DNA of 25,667 nt from a virus (taxonomy: Duplodnaviria; Caudoviricetes), in the IMG/VR virus record IMGVR_UViG_3300042398_000498, positions 1 to 25,667 of that record; one strand, 5' to 3'. Made by a program: the position numbers and the translations under genes. The notes below the pieces were generated by a model. It saw only the letters and a list, made by a program, of their open reading frames with translations, ran no database searches and was not told the origin of the DNA. This document shows, piece by piece, positions 1 to 10,000 of the stretch (within the stretch, counting starts at the first letter, position 1; every line of letters begins with the position of its first letter).

Positions 1-906
1 TACTGTATTTAAGTTATCACTTAAATCTTTTAATCGTATTTCTAATGTATTGTTTCCTATATTAGATGAGATTAAGTAGTTTGATGCATGAATTGAATCA
101 TTACCAATATTTAAATTATAATCATTACCAATATTTAATTTATTAACACTGAATTCCAATCCAGGTTTTATGATATTATTCTGATCATTTCGTAAAAAAT
201 GTGTATTATCAACCCCACCTAATTTATCACTGTCAGTTGCTGTCCCCCAAAATCTATAACTTAACCCATTGAAATCAGGTCTAGTTTGTCCAGGGTATAA
301 CGCATCATCAGAATTAATCAGTGTAATACCTTGTTGAATAGTTTTAAATCCAGATATAGCTTTTTTTGGAACAAATTTTTGTGAACTTATAACTGCTACT
401 CTATTATTTTCAGAATATAATGAAATTACGTTATGACTAGAATTTGATGAATCGTAGATTGTTTCAACAATTTGTCCAGACAATGCACCTTGACTATATT
501 GTGGTCCAACTAGCGTCCAATTAGTTCCAGATCCAGAGTAAATATATAATTGCTGATTGATTGTATCTACCCATAAATCACCAGTACTAGCAGAAGATGG
601 TTTACTAATCGCTTTCTTAACGGCACCGGCAGCACCCCAGTTATTAGGTGTACCATCTAAATTTACCATTAATTGGCTATTAACATTATCAAACCATAAT
701 TGACCTTGAATTGGGTTCGATGGTGGGTTTGAATTAGCAAAGCTTTCCATCAAATGTAAAAAATTATTTGCAATATGTGAGCTATACCCTGCATAATTCT
801 TACCAACAAATGTTAAACTTGTTTGAGTATTGATCGTTTTGTCTATAACAGTTATAGGTTGTTTTGTTGGATTTGATGATTCTGTATATGAAACTATATA
901 TGACAT
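1..906 (-). CDS. Putative virion structural / tail fibre-like protein, 3'-truncated at the window edge
   Basis: Missing from the ORF track because there is no stop in the window. ATG at 906-904 follows the TAA TAG of the upstream gene and the frame stays open for 302 codons: MSYIVSYTESSNPTKQPITVIDKTINTQTSLTFVGKNYAGYSSHIANNFLHLMESFANSNPPSNPIQGQLWFD...GDLWVDTINQQLYIY...FWGTATDSDKLGG. The GKNYAGY..NFLHLxE.FA...P.NP..GQLWFD N-terminus is, from recall, typical of large-myophage virion proteins. Confidence 0.8.
   Translation of the reverse strand, partial: MSYIVSYTESSNPTKQPITVIDKTINTQTSLTFVGKNYAGYSSHIANNFLHLMESFANSNPPSNPIQGQLWFDNVNSQLMVNLDGTPNNWGAAGAVKKAISKPSSASTGDLWVDTINQQLYIYSGSGTNWTLVGPQYSQGALSGQIVETIYDSSNSSHNVISLYSENNRVAVISSQKFVPKKAISGFKTIQQGITLINSDDALYPGQTRPDFNGLSYRFWGTATDSDKLGGVDNTHFLRNDQNNIIKPGLEFSVNKLNIGNDYNLNIGNDSIHASNYLISSNIGNNTLEIRLKDLSDNLNTV
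96..138. repeat. 19-bp direct repeat, period 24 (LNIGND x2)
   Basis: aatcattaccaatatttaa occurs at 96-114 and 120-138 and encodes LNIGNDYNLNIGNDS on the minus strand. Confidence 0.85.
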
Positions 907-909
907 CTA

Positions 910-1509
910 TTAAACTCCAGATAATGATTGAATTCGAACTGTATAATCAATTTGAACTAATCTATTCAATGATTTTTGCACTGGATGAAAAATTACATGG
1001 GTTAATAACATATTACTACCATATGGGTCATAACTACGTAGTCCCAATTCATCAAATACATATGCACTTTCCCCATTTGTGGTAGTATCATATGCCGCCT
1101 GATTGGTAGGCTCACCATAATCCAATAAACATGATACTAAAATATCTGTATAATTATTACCAGTATTATGTATTACCTCAATTCTATTTCTACTTGGGTC
1201 TAAGTTCCCACTTACAGTATCATTAACAATTTTTGAATATGTTTTATTATATAAATTTGCATTGGATCCTGAGCTATTTGGTGTTAAATAAGTAATAATA
1301 CCAGTAGGATCAACTACTGTACCACCATTTCCAAATGCCATTTCATATATAAACTGTTGTCCTTTATTGGCAACACTATTTGCTAATGCAATACTTATAT
1401 TTTCATAATGAATTGCATTACGTTTGTTAACGAATATCTCTTGAGTTGTTGGATCAAATATCTTAATATGGCCTTCAACATGTATTCCTGTTTTTTCTTT
1501 ACTCTGCAT
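910..1509 (-). CDS. Putative virion structural (baseplate-associated) protein, ~199 aa
   Basis: The ORF track starts at TTG 1539. ATG 1509 (MQSKEKTGIHVEGHIKIFDP...KRNAIHYENISIALA...FDELGL...LLTHVIFHPVQKSLNRLVQIDYTVRIQ) is preferred because it has a purine-rich AGGATATAGAGAG leader and the GATAAATA motif 20 nt upstream. Function is inferred from context. Confidence 0.7.
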   Translation of the reverse strand: MQSKEKTGIHVEGHIKIFDPTTQEIFVNKRNAIHYENISIALANSVANKGQQFIYEMAFGNGGTVVDPTGIITYLTPNSSGSNANLYNKTYSKIVNDTVSGNLDPSRNRIEVIHNTGNNYTDILVSCLLDYGEPTNQAAYDTTTNGESAYVFDELGLRSYDPYGSNMLLTHVIFHPVQKSLNRLVQIDYTVRIQSLSGV

Positions 1510-1529
1510 GGTAATCTCTCTATATCCTA

Positions 1530-1537
1530 TATTTATC
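1530..1537 (-). promoter_or_regulatory. Putative late promoter GATAAATA (like T4 TATAAATA)
   Basis: The minus strand reads GATAAATATAGGATATAGAGAGATTACCATG. The motif ends 20 nt before ATG 1509, and the same octamer sits upstream of the gp6-like gene. Confidence 0.6.
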
Positions 1538-1552
1538 AATTAATATTATCTA

Positions 1553-3232
1553 CTAATTTAATCCATATCTTAGTTTTTTTGGTCTAGGGTAAACTACACC
1601 TGTAGATGGTCTAAATTTATAATTTGTTTTTGGAAATATAATATTAATGGTGTATCTCTCCAAATTGTGATATAAATATTTATTTGGGCCATTTTGTAAA
1701 TCATATAAATCAGAAGTACCCCCAGAGGTAGACGTTAGTTGTCCAGTTTTAGCATAAGATGTAATATAATTCTTTGCAGCAGCTTGCGCCATATTTGGAT
1801 ATATTTCTAGTGCACATGCTAATACGCCACACACTTGTGGTGATGCCATTGATGTCCCAGATATTTTTCCTTTATAATATGATGAATTTCTAGGATCAGT
1901 GGATGCCGCATATGTCCCATTATCATTAAAAGAACTCATTATATATTTACCTGGAGCATACAGGGATATTGCAGGACCTGTATTACTAAATGATGCTTTT
2001 CGTTCAGTATAAATTGTATCTATTGCACCAACTCCAATTACTCCAGGAACAGACCCTGGTGTTGAACCACGATGTGTGTACCACAAATATGATGTACCAC
2101 CATATGTTGCGTTAAAAGTATTATCATAATCTGGTCCAGAGGATACATCTATTAAAAATGAATCATTACCAGCCGCTGCAACTATTATAATACCATCGTT
2201 AATTGCCTGTTGTATGTCAGATGCCATTGAAGTACTATAATATGGCACTGCCGCAATTGCTGATGTATTATATATACCAGCATTTGTTAACTCAGTTACA
2301 GTTAATGCAGTTGAATAATCACCAACACTAATTCCACGCTTTATTGCATGTGTAATAGAACCCGTACCAAGTGATGACGATGGAAATGTTACAGTAGTTC
2401 CATAACTACAATTACAAATTGTTGGATTTTTCACCCCAGTTAACGGATTTATTGCCTTATTTCTATGAAACGCCCTAATGTAATCCCATAATATTAATGC
2501 ATCCATTGTGTTTGAATTTGGAGACACTCCGAATGGACTAATATTATATATATTAGCATCTCTAGCCCATCCATTTGTATTACCGGCAACCGTTCCTGCA
2601 ACATGACACCCATGATTGTTTTCTGGACCGGTATATGGGGTGTATACATATTGCCCAGATAACGCTGTAGTAGCATCATTATCTATTGATGATGCTATCG
2701 AATTTAATGAATGCCAATCAAATTGATTAACTCTACTCCCACCAGTACCATCTGAATTAACACTAAATTCTGGGTGTTCAGGATTGATATGACCATCAAT
2801 TATAATAACATCAACATGTCTCCCACTTGTTGTTGTTGAAATAGTTTCCGTTAGTGTTGAAGTGCCATTACTTCCCCAATTCGCAGTTTGGTCACCTTTT
2901 ACACATCTAGATAGCCCCCAATTATAATAAGAACTACTATTAGATGATGACTTGTCAAATGCTTCAACTGGTGTGGTCCAGTTTGGTGTAATCGTAGATA
3001 ATACCAAACTCGCTAATTCAATATTGGTTATTCTAGGATCTAATAACAACTTTTGTACTTCGTCATAAGTTAATAAATAATGTGTATTTTTACTTAATGG
3101 TCTTCTTTTATATACTGAAACTTCCCTATCCGGGACATTCTCAGTCCCACCAATGGTCTCCATATCTATATAAAATTGGTCCAACTCTGACTCATCATTT
3201 AGTGTAATAATATATTCAGAATAATCACTCAT
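1553..3232 (-). CDS. Subtilisin-like serine protease (peptidase S8) with N-terminal propeptide-like region, 559 aa
   Basis: Catalytic motifs appear in canonical order: DVIIID(146)GHI, H(207)GCHVAGTVAG, oxyanion AAAGN(356)D, ASFSNTGP..LYAPG, and GTS(461)MASPQVCG. The acidic N-terminal ~80 aa (EYIITLND...LLLDPRITNIE) resembles an I9-type prodomain. No hydrophobic signal peptide is visible. Confidence 0.93.
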   Translation of the reverse strand: MSDYSEYIITLNDESELDQFYIDMETIGGTENVPDREVSVYKRRPLSKNTHYLLTYDEVQKLLLDPRITNIELASLVLSTITPNWTTPVEAFDKSSSNSSSYYNWGLSRCVKGDQTANWGSNGTSTLTETISTTTSGRHVDVIIIDGHINPEHPEFSVNSDGTGGSRVNQFDWHSLNSIASSIDNDATTALSGQYVYTPYTGPENNHGCHVAGTVAGNTNGWARDANIYNISPFGVSPNSNTMDALILWDYIRAFHRNKAINPLTGVKNPTICNCSYGTTVTFPSSSLGTGSITHAIKRGISVGDYSTALTVTELTNAGIYNTSAIAAVPYYSTSMASDIQQAINDGIIIVAAAGNDSFLIDVSSGPDYDNTFNATYGGTSYLWYTHRGSTPGSVPGVIGVGAIDTIYTERKASFSNTGPAISLYAPGKYIMSSFNDNGTYAASTDPRNSSYYKGKISGTSMASPQVCGVLACALEIYPNMAQAAAKNYITSYAKTGQLTSTSGGTSDLYDLQNGPNKYLYHNLERYTINIIFPKTNYKFRPSTGVVYPRPKKLRYGLN

Positions 3233-3233
3233 A

Positions 3234-4085
3234 CTATTGCTCCAATGGTAATAATGTCAAAGTGATAGTAAATGTACCAGCAGATGAATTGGTATTTGTT
3301 ATTGCTAACAAAATATTTGTCGATGCTGGTGATTCATTACTAAATCCAATTACACCGGGTGCTATAGGCACGGTGGTATTAGCAGTTGTAACTACTTCCG
3401 CAATAATACCGGTCGTTGTTGGATCTACAGAAATAAGTCTAGCAGCATCTGCAGTTCGGGATGCGGCATCTGTATAGATCCTTACCCATGCGCCACCAAT
3501 ACTCGATGCGGTTTGAACACTGTACAATACATATCCGTTATACCCAGTTATTGTTAGATTTGCAGTTGCGCCAGCCGCAATTAATGTTGTTGTTGCACTA
3601 GCCTGTGTTCTAGCTGGTTTATTCGTTAATGAAGTATAGTTGCCACTAAATCCAGAAATAACTCCATTATTAATTGTAATACTTGTACCATCTATCTTAA
3701 CTCCACCTAATACCGATGCAGTAGCAGTTGGTAATGTATATGCAGCAGCACTGCTAATTATTCCATTATTAATTGTAATACTTGTACCATCTATCTTAAC
3801 TCCACCTAATGCCGTTGTAGTCGCAGTTGGTAATGTATATGCAGCAGTACTACTAATTACTCCATTATTAATTGTAATACTTGTACCATCAACTTTAACT
3901 CCACCTAATGCCGTTGTAGTCGCAGTTGGTAATGTATATGATGGTATCGAATTAACTGCCGTGTATAAATCAGTAAAGTTGCTATTAATTTTTATAGCAC
4001 CTTGTCGCAATGTATCACCAGTTCCATCATTTGCGATGGAACCAGTTGATAATATGAGTTGTTGCGTTGTCGTCCATGTTGTCAT
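3234..4085 (-). CDS. Short fibre/adaptor protein with T4 gp9/gp10-like N-terminal baseplate-attachment motif, 283 aa
   Basis: The N-terminus GSIANDGTGDTLRQGAIKINSNFTDLY matches the gp9/gp10 pattern DGTGDxLRxGxxKINxNFxxLY. It is followed by three YTLPTATxxxLGGVK repeats, an SGNYTSLTNKP fibre motif and a ~125-aa beta-rich C-terminal domain. An AAGGA RBS lies upstream. Confidence 0.78.
   Translation of the reverse strand: MTTWTTTQQLILSTGSIANDGTGDTLRQGAIKINSNFTDLYTAVNSIPSYTLPTATTTALGGVKVDGTSITINNGVISSTAAYTLPTATTTALGGVKIDGTSITINNGIISSAAAYTLPTATASVLGGVKIDGTSITINNGVISGFSGNYTSLTNKPARTQASATTTLIAAGATANLTITGYNGYVLYSVQTASSIGGAWVRIYTDAASRTADAARLISVDPTTTGIIAEVVTTANTTVPIAPGVIGFSNESPASTNILLAITNTNSSAGTFTITLTLLPLEQ
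3654..3938 (-). repeat. In-frame tandem repeat, 99 bp (33 aa) x ~2.9
   Basis: Units are 3938-3840, 3839-3741 and 3740-~3654, with consensus YTLPTATTTALGGVK(V/I)DGTSITINNG(V/I)IS. The first two copies differ at 6 of 99 nt by manual alignment. Confidence 0.95.
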
Positions 4086-4099
4086 AGTTTATTCCTTAA

Positions 4100-7000
4100 T
4101 TATAAAGTCCATTGTAACCCAGTTTTCTTGACTATAGTAATCTTCGTACCAGCTGGTACAGGTCTTGTTAATCGTATTTTTTTCGAAGTTCCATCAACTG
4201 AAAAATCAGCATCAAACTGTACATCACCAGCTGGACTATATGGCGAAATATTCAAATTAAATACTATATACGGATGTTTTTTTAATCTTATATGTGCTGA
4301 AAAAAACTCCCAGTTATTATAATCAGTTAAGAAATCTTCACTAGTATGAGAAGAGATACATCTATATGTATATATTCCATAACTTATTATATCACCGATA
4401 TTATAGGTTGTTGTTATTGACCAGCTTGTAACTTCATAATGCACAAATACATCAATTTCATCACATTGACCATAATTATTCGGTATCACACTTGTAAATT
4501 CTTCAGGTAAATCCCACTCAGTAACTGCTTTTGATGGGATAAATGTCACATCAACCATATTAGAAAATGAGCTCATGGTAACATGTTCAGTAACATTATT
4601 ATCACGATATGAAATAATAGTACTTGGTCCAATATTTTGAACTTCTGTCCCAGATTCATATAGGTTTACTGCACCAGTTCCCATTGTTCCACGTCTTATT
4701 TGACTCAACGTGTTGTCATGAATTTTAAAGTACTCAATTCGTTCACCATTAATATCAATCACACCTGGTTTATTTTTCTTTATGTCAGGTATATCAAAAT
4801 TATCTGTGTTCTTTAAATATATCACATCATCAGTTATGTAAAAATCCTGAGTCAATTCAGTTCGTTGATCATAATTCAAATTTTTATATTGGAATCTGTT
4901 CAACATATCTTTAAACTGCATATATGAAACCCGTGTAGTTTTATTACTATTATAGGTAATAATATCAAATACATCTTCTGTCGTAGGTTCAAATAATAAT
5001 GTTAAACTAATTTTATCAGGGTTTATTATAAAATCAACACCTGGTGTTAATAATTTTCCAGTTTTTACAACCCATATATAATCCTCATTTATAATTTCAT
5101 TTGGAAGCTGGATAATACCACCCAACACTTCTAAATTATAATAATATTGTGAAGAATCTTGTACAGGTATAATATCTGGTGTAGCATCAATCTCTATCCT
5201 TGATACACCCAAAATTGTATTATTATAAGAACTAAATATAACCACAATATTGTTAGGTCCAATTACAGTATCAAATATGATCCCAGCGGGTGATCCACCA
5301 AATGCTGGAATATAAGTGTATTCAGAACTCAATAATATGCGTTGATCTATTCTAACAATCATATTGATTTCATTCGGTGATGCATCACCAACGATACTAG
5401 TTAATATATATGCTTGTGTTTTAGGTCTATTATCACCAACAACTTTCTGTGATGTTGTTATAGTAAATGTTCTTTCAGCATTACTAGCAAGAATATAATG
5501 AACAATCGCATTAGGTGGTATAGGATTAGAAAATATAAACTTCAAAACACCATCAACATTTTCAATATGATTTGATAAGAATTCACCATGAAAATATGCA
5601 TATGCAGTTACACTAATAGAAGAATTCCACATTGTTTTGGTTGCAAATATTGTTTGACCACCATTCCCAACAAAAAATCCAGTATCTAATATATCAGATC
5701 CATTTACACCAATACTGAAAATAGTTACAATGAAGCCTTCATCAGGTGCCGTTGTAAATGTAATAGTATTGTCATCATAGTTAACAATATAATCAACACC
5801 AATTTCTTGGTAAACAATCTCTGAAAGTAATTCATCATCTTCATTTCTAAAAAATGATTCAACCGTAACGATTAATGATTGGTTACTATTCATTCGTTGG
5901 CCAATATCAAATATAGTATCTTCACCATTTGCAACATGCTTTTCAACTTTAATATTGCCTGAAACAACTGATTGACTATCATATACCTTAATAGAGACTG
6001 CATCTACCAATTGACCAGGAACTATTTCCTCTGGAGCATAACTAGTATTTTCTGTTACAAGCCCATCCCCATCAACATTGACATCACTTGGTGAAATTCC
6101 TGTTGCTGAGGTATATGCCAAATTCCCACCATCATAAGAGGTGTCATAATCTTCCTCATATGGTTTAATTGAGCCATCACTTGTAATTTTTCTTAAAATG
6201 ATTACATCGCCTTCATTAATACTAACATTTATAGGTATATTAATACTAACATACCCATTAATACCAACTGTGACCTCATCGTTAGATTCCGATTCAACCA
6301 ACGCTGTTTTCATTACGGCATTAATATTTGTTTGAAAATGTTCTGGTCCAGTAGCGCCAGGCATAATTCCATAGTATTGATCATCAATTCTAGTACCATT
6401 TAAATATACAGTAATTAACGTACCAATTTCTGGGACATATGGCAAATCTATTGAATGTTCATTAGCACCAACATTTACTGCATGATCATCATAAGTTGTA
6501 TCATAATTATCCCATCTATCAGATGCATATGGTGTGCTATCCCATCCTTTATTGTATTCAAAATTCATACCATCAACGATTACACCACCATAGTCAACAC
6601 CAGTCATTAATTGTGATAAATCTTTACCCAAATCGGTAGAAGATGGATTATAAAAATGTTGAATTCTGTCAGCCGCATTTAATGTTGAAACATCTTTACT
6701 ATATGTAATTTCTATAATAGACCCAATTACAGGTATTGTATCAAATGTTATTGAGCCAGTTACTTTACTGAAGTAAATATTATATTCAGGATTTATTGGT
6801 TCATGTACTATAGCTAATGTGTATACACCTCTAGAAATTTCAACACCGTTTATAGTTACTAATGCTTTTCCAATCTTAATATCTGGTGCCCATGATAATC
6901 CATAAGTACTGTTTACACCATCCGCTTCAAAACTTTCAGTTTCTTCTAATTTATTAATACTATAATCATTAGTAATTCTATCGAATTTTAAACCAATTGT

Positions 7001-10000
7001 ATTAGTTCTGATATTACTGTCACCTATGATTGCTACAGCTCGTGCAGCATCACCATTACTGGCATTACTAATTCTCACCACAGGTGCAGCTAAATAACCA
7101 GACCCACTAGTAACAAGAACTATACTATCTACTTTTCCATTATTAATAGTGGTGTATGCAGTAGCACCAGATCCAGAATCACTTATAATTTCAACCGTTG
7201 GCGCAGTTAAATACCCGTATCCAGAATATGTCAACGTTAATTTGGTAACTTTAAATCCAACATGATCCAACCAGCTTTTCCATGGATATTCATTAATCGC
7301 AGTATCATATGCAACAATTTCACCATTTTCAACAGTTGCATCAATCACTGTAGTTCCGCCATAATTATATAATGATGGTAAATCAAAATCCGTAGTTCCA
7401 AATTTACCGATATCATTATTATTGTAAGAACTTACATATTCTCTAATTTTCGTTCTATATGGTTTCACTTCAGCAACATATGATTCAAAATCTGCTAAAT
7501 TATCATTTTTATATGTAATAGGTTGATCCAACATACCAACATTATGAGTTGCTTTTACAAAACTTGTTTTAAAAATCCAATCTATATATGTTTGTTCACT
7601 AAATGCATATCTTATACTATTGAAAAATAAATTTAGATATTCAACTTTTAAATCATTGATGAATATTGATTCCTTAATGGCTGTCAATATGTTACGCAAT
7701 TCAGTTGTTACATTTATATCATAACCAGTGGTATCATATAAGGCACCATCATACGCAGTTTGATTATATAATGATGTTTTTAATTGAATAGTACCGTTTT
7801 CAATGCCAATTATTGTATATTCCTGTGTCCAATCAATAGTACCAACAGTTGAATTACGTTTTAATAATACCCATTCACCAACATTATTATACTTAACTTT
7901 AACAATATCATTTACTTTTGGTGAAATCGATGTTAAATCTGAAAAATTTAGAACTTCGTATTCAATTGCAGTAAATTCATTATAGCCTGGCTCATACCAA
8001 TTAACTTTATCCCAATAATTAGGAGTATTATAAGATTGTGTTAATGATCTAACCCACCCAGGTACGGATGCATATGATCTAATCGTAGTCATTGTAACTG
8101 TTTGTACATTATTCACAGTCCAAGTCGTACCATTTCCACTCACTATAAATGTACCTGGAATTACACCTGTTCCATATAAATATTGTCCGGTTTCTATGAT
8201 ACCAGTAATCGATCCGTCAATAGTATCAATAGTCAACGTAGTCCCATTAATATTAGCAATGCTTGCAACAAATGAATTTCTTTTTGGTTGATATGAATAT
8301 ATCGCCCATGTATCATTTGATTGGGTATCACTATTAATCAATATAGCAAAATCTCTAACACGTATAACAGTATCATCTGAATAACCTTCACCACTATTAA
8401 TAATTGAACAACTTATAATTTGTCCTTTTGAATTAATAATTGGAACTATATTTGCATTAATACCGCTGCCTAATACAGTAATAACAGGGGCTGTAATATA
8501 CCCTAACCCAGAATTTATTATTTTAACATCAGTAATTTTACCATCATTTATTATAGGTAATAAGACAGGCTGTTTAACAGAACTAACGTTAATAAATTGT
8601 AATTCAGAATCTGTGTCAATTGCTTTATCGTATAATCTTGATGACTCCAATGGTGCCGAATCATATTTCTCCAATAATGATAAATCACGAGTTGATGAAG
8701 ATATTTGATTTTTTATTAGAACTAAATTTGCTTGTTCAATATATTGTTTTAATGCTTCAAATCTATTTACAAACATAGATTGACGTGGGCGATTCTCGAT
8801 ACCATATCGTAATTTCGGTGATACAGTATTATCAGGCACCAGGCGGCCAGCCGTGTCACTTCCACATAAGCTATCAAACCATTTCTGTTCAACATTGTAA
8901 GGTATTGTTGTTAATGGATCATTACTGATAAGTTTCCATTCAGAATGTATTTTTTGATCAATATCGCCAATTGTCCAATATTGTAATGATAAAACAACAT
9001 CTTTATTTTGTAATAAATATTTACAATTAGCTACATTAAATGAATTCATACCAGTTAACGATACAAATTTATATCCTTCACTTACTGGATTTGCAATCAT
9101 GTTTGCAACACTTGCACTAGAAATATATCTTCCAGATACTGATGGAACTGTTACTTTATTTTTAACCCAATAGTAATATGTATATTTTAAACTTTTACTG
9201 ATATTATCAAAATAAGTTTTAACACTATATACACTATCAGAGTATAATGATTTCCCACTAATACCCATTGATAACCCACTATCAGTGTCTGATTGTGCAT
9301 CCCACGCAGATGGTTTTAATGATGTTTCAACCCATTCATAAATATCAACAGATGCCAATGGTGCAAGTTTATACCAATTAGTTGATCTGTATACATCATC
9401 AACATCATTACATTCAATAAATTTAGAAGTACTTAAATCCCACCATATTTTACCAACTTGTTTTGTCGTCCATGCAGCAGTAGTATCTACATTAACAGAA
9501 GATGTCCCAACAGAATAAATTGCTGGATCATAAAATGTCTTGTAACTAATCTCTTCGTCAGCTGGCCCTGCAATTTTACCTTGTAATGGATCTAATACAT
9601 CCAAACTAGCTAAAAGCATATTGGTTTTTTTATTATATACAAATGCTTTTTTTATTTTACTAATATTTGGGACAGTAACCTCGGTATTCAACTTGGACCA
9701 GCTGTACGCATTAGCTTGTTTATTGTATTCAACAACCAATCCAATATTTTGCAATTGATTATCATATGAAGGCGTTCCAATTAACACAGTTCCATCACCA
9801 ACTGAAAACCCAACATTTGCAGTATTTTCAATATTAGTAATTAATGATATGGTTTCACTAAAAATCCATTTAGTCGCATATCTATCATAGATATCAATTC
9901 TACCAGAAGGTGAATTTGAATATTTGCTATGTACAACTATTGTATTATCACCCATGAACGATATGTTTGTACCAAATTTTTCGTTAGATTCTGGGACAGT

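Noticed and set aside
1510-1539. TTG start at 1539 in the ORF track
   Set aside because: It overlaps the putative promoter and lacks an RBS. ATG 1509 fits better.
1550-3236. Stop-codon reassignment (TAG read-through) fusing the cassette genes
   Set aside because: The next genes are in different frames and read-through meets TGA or TAA within a few codons (about 3 and 18). All long ORFs are intact under the standard code.
3654-3938. Repeats as a CRISPR array or a DGR template/variable pair
   Set aside because: There are no unique spacers, the repeats are in-frame and contiguous, differences are not confined to adenines, and no cas or reverse transcriptase gene is in the window.
3640-4131. 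163-aa plus-strand ORF with hydrophobic repeats
   Set aside because: It is the antisense shadow of the 99-bp repeats in the fibre gene, has a TTG start and shows no independent support.
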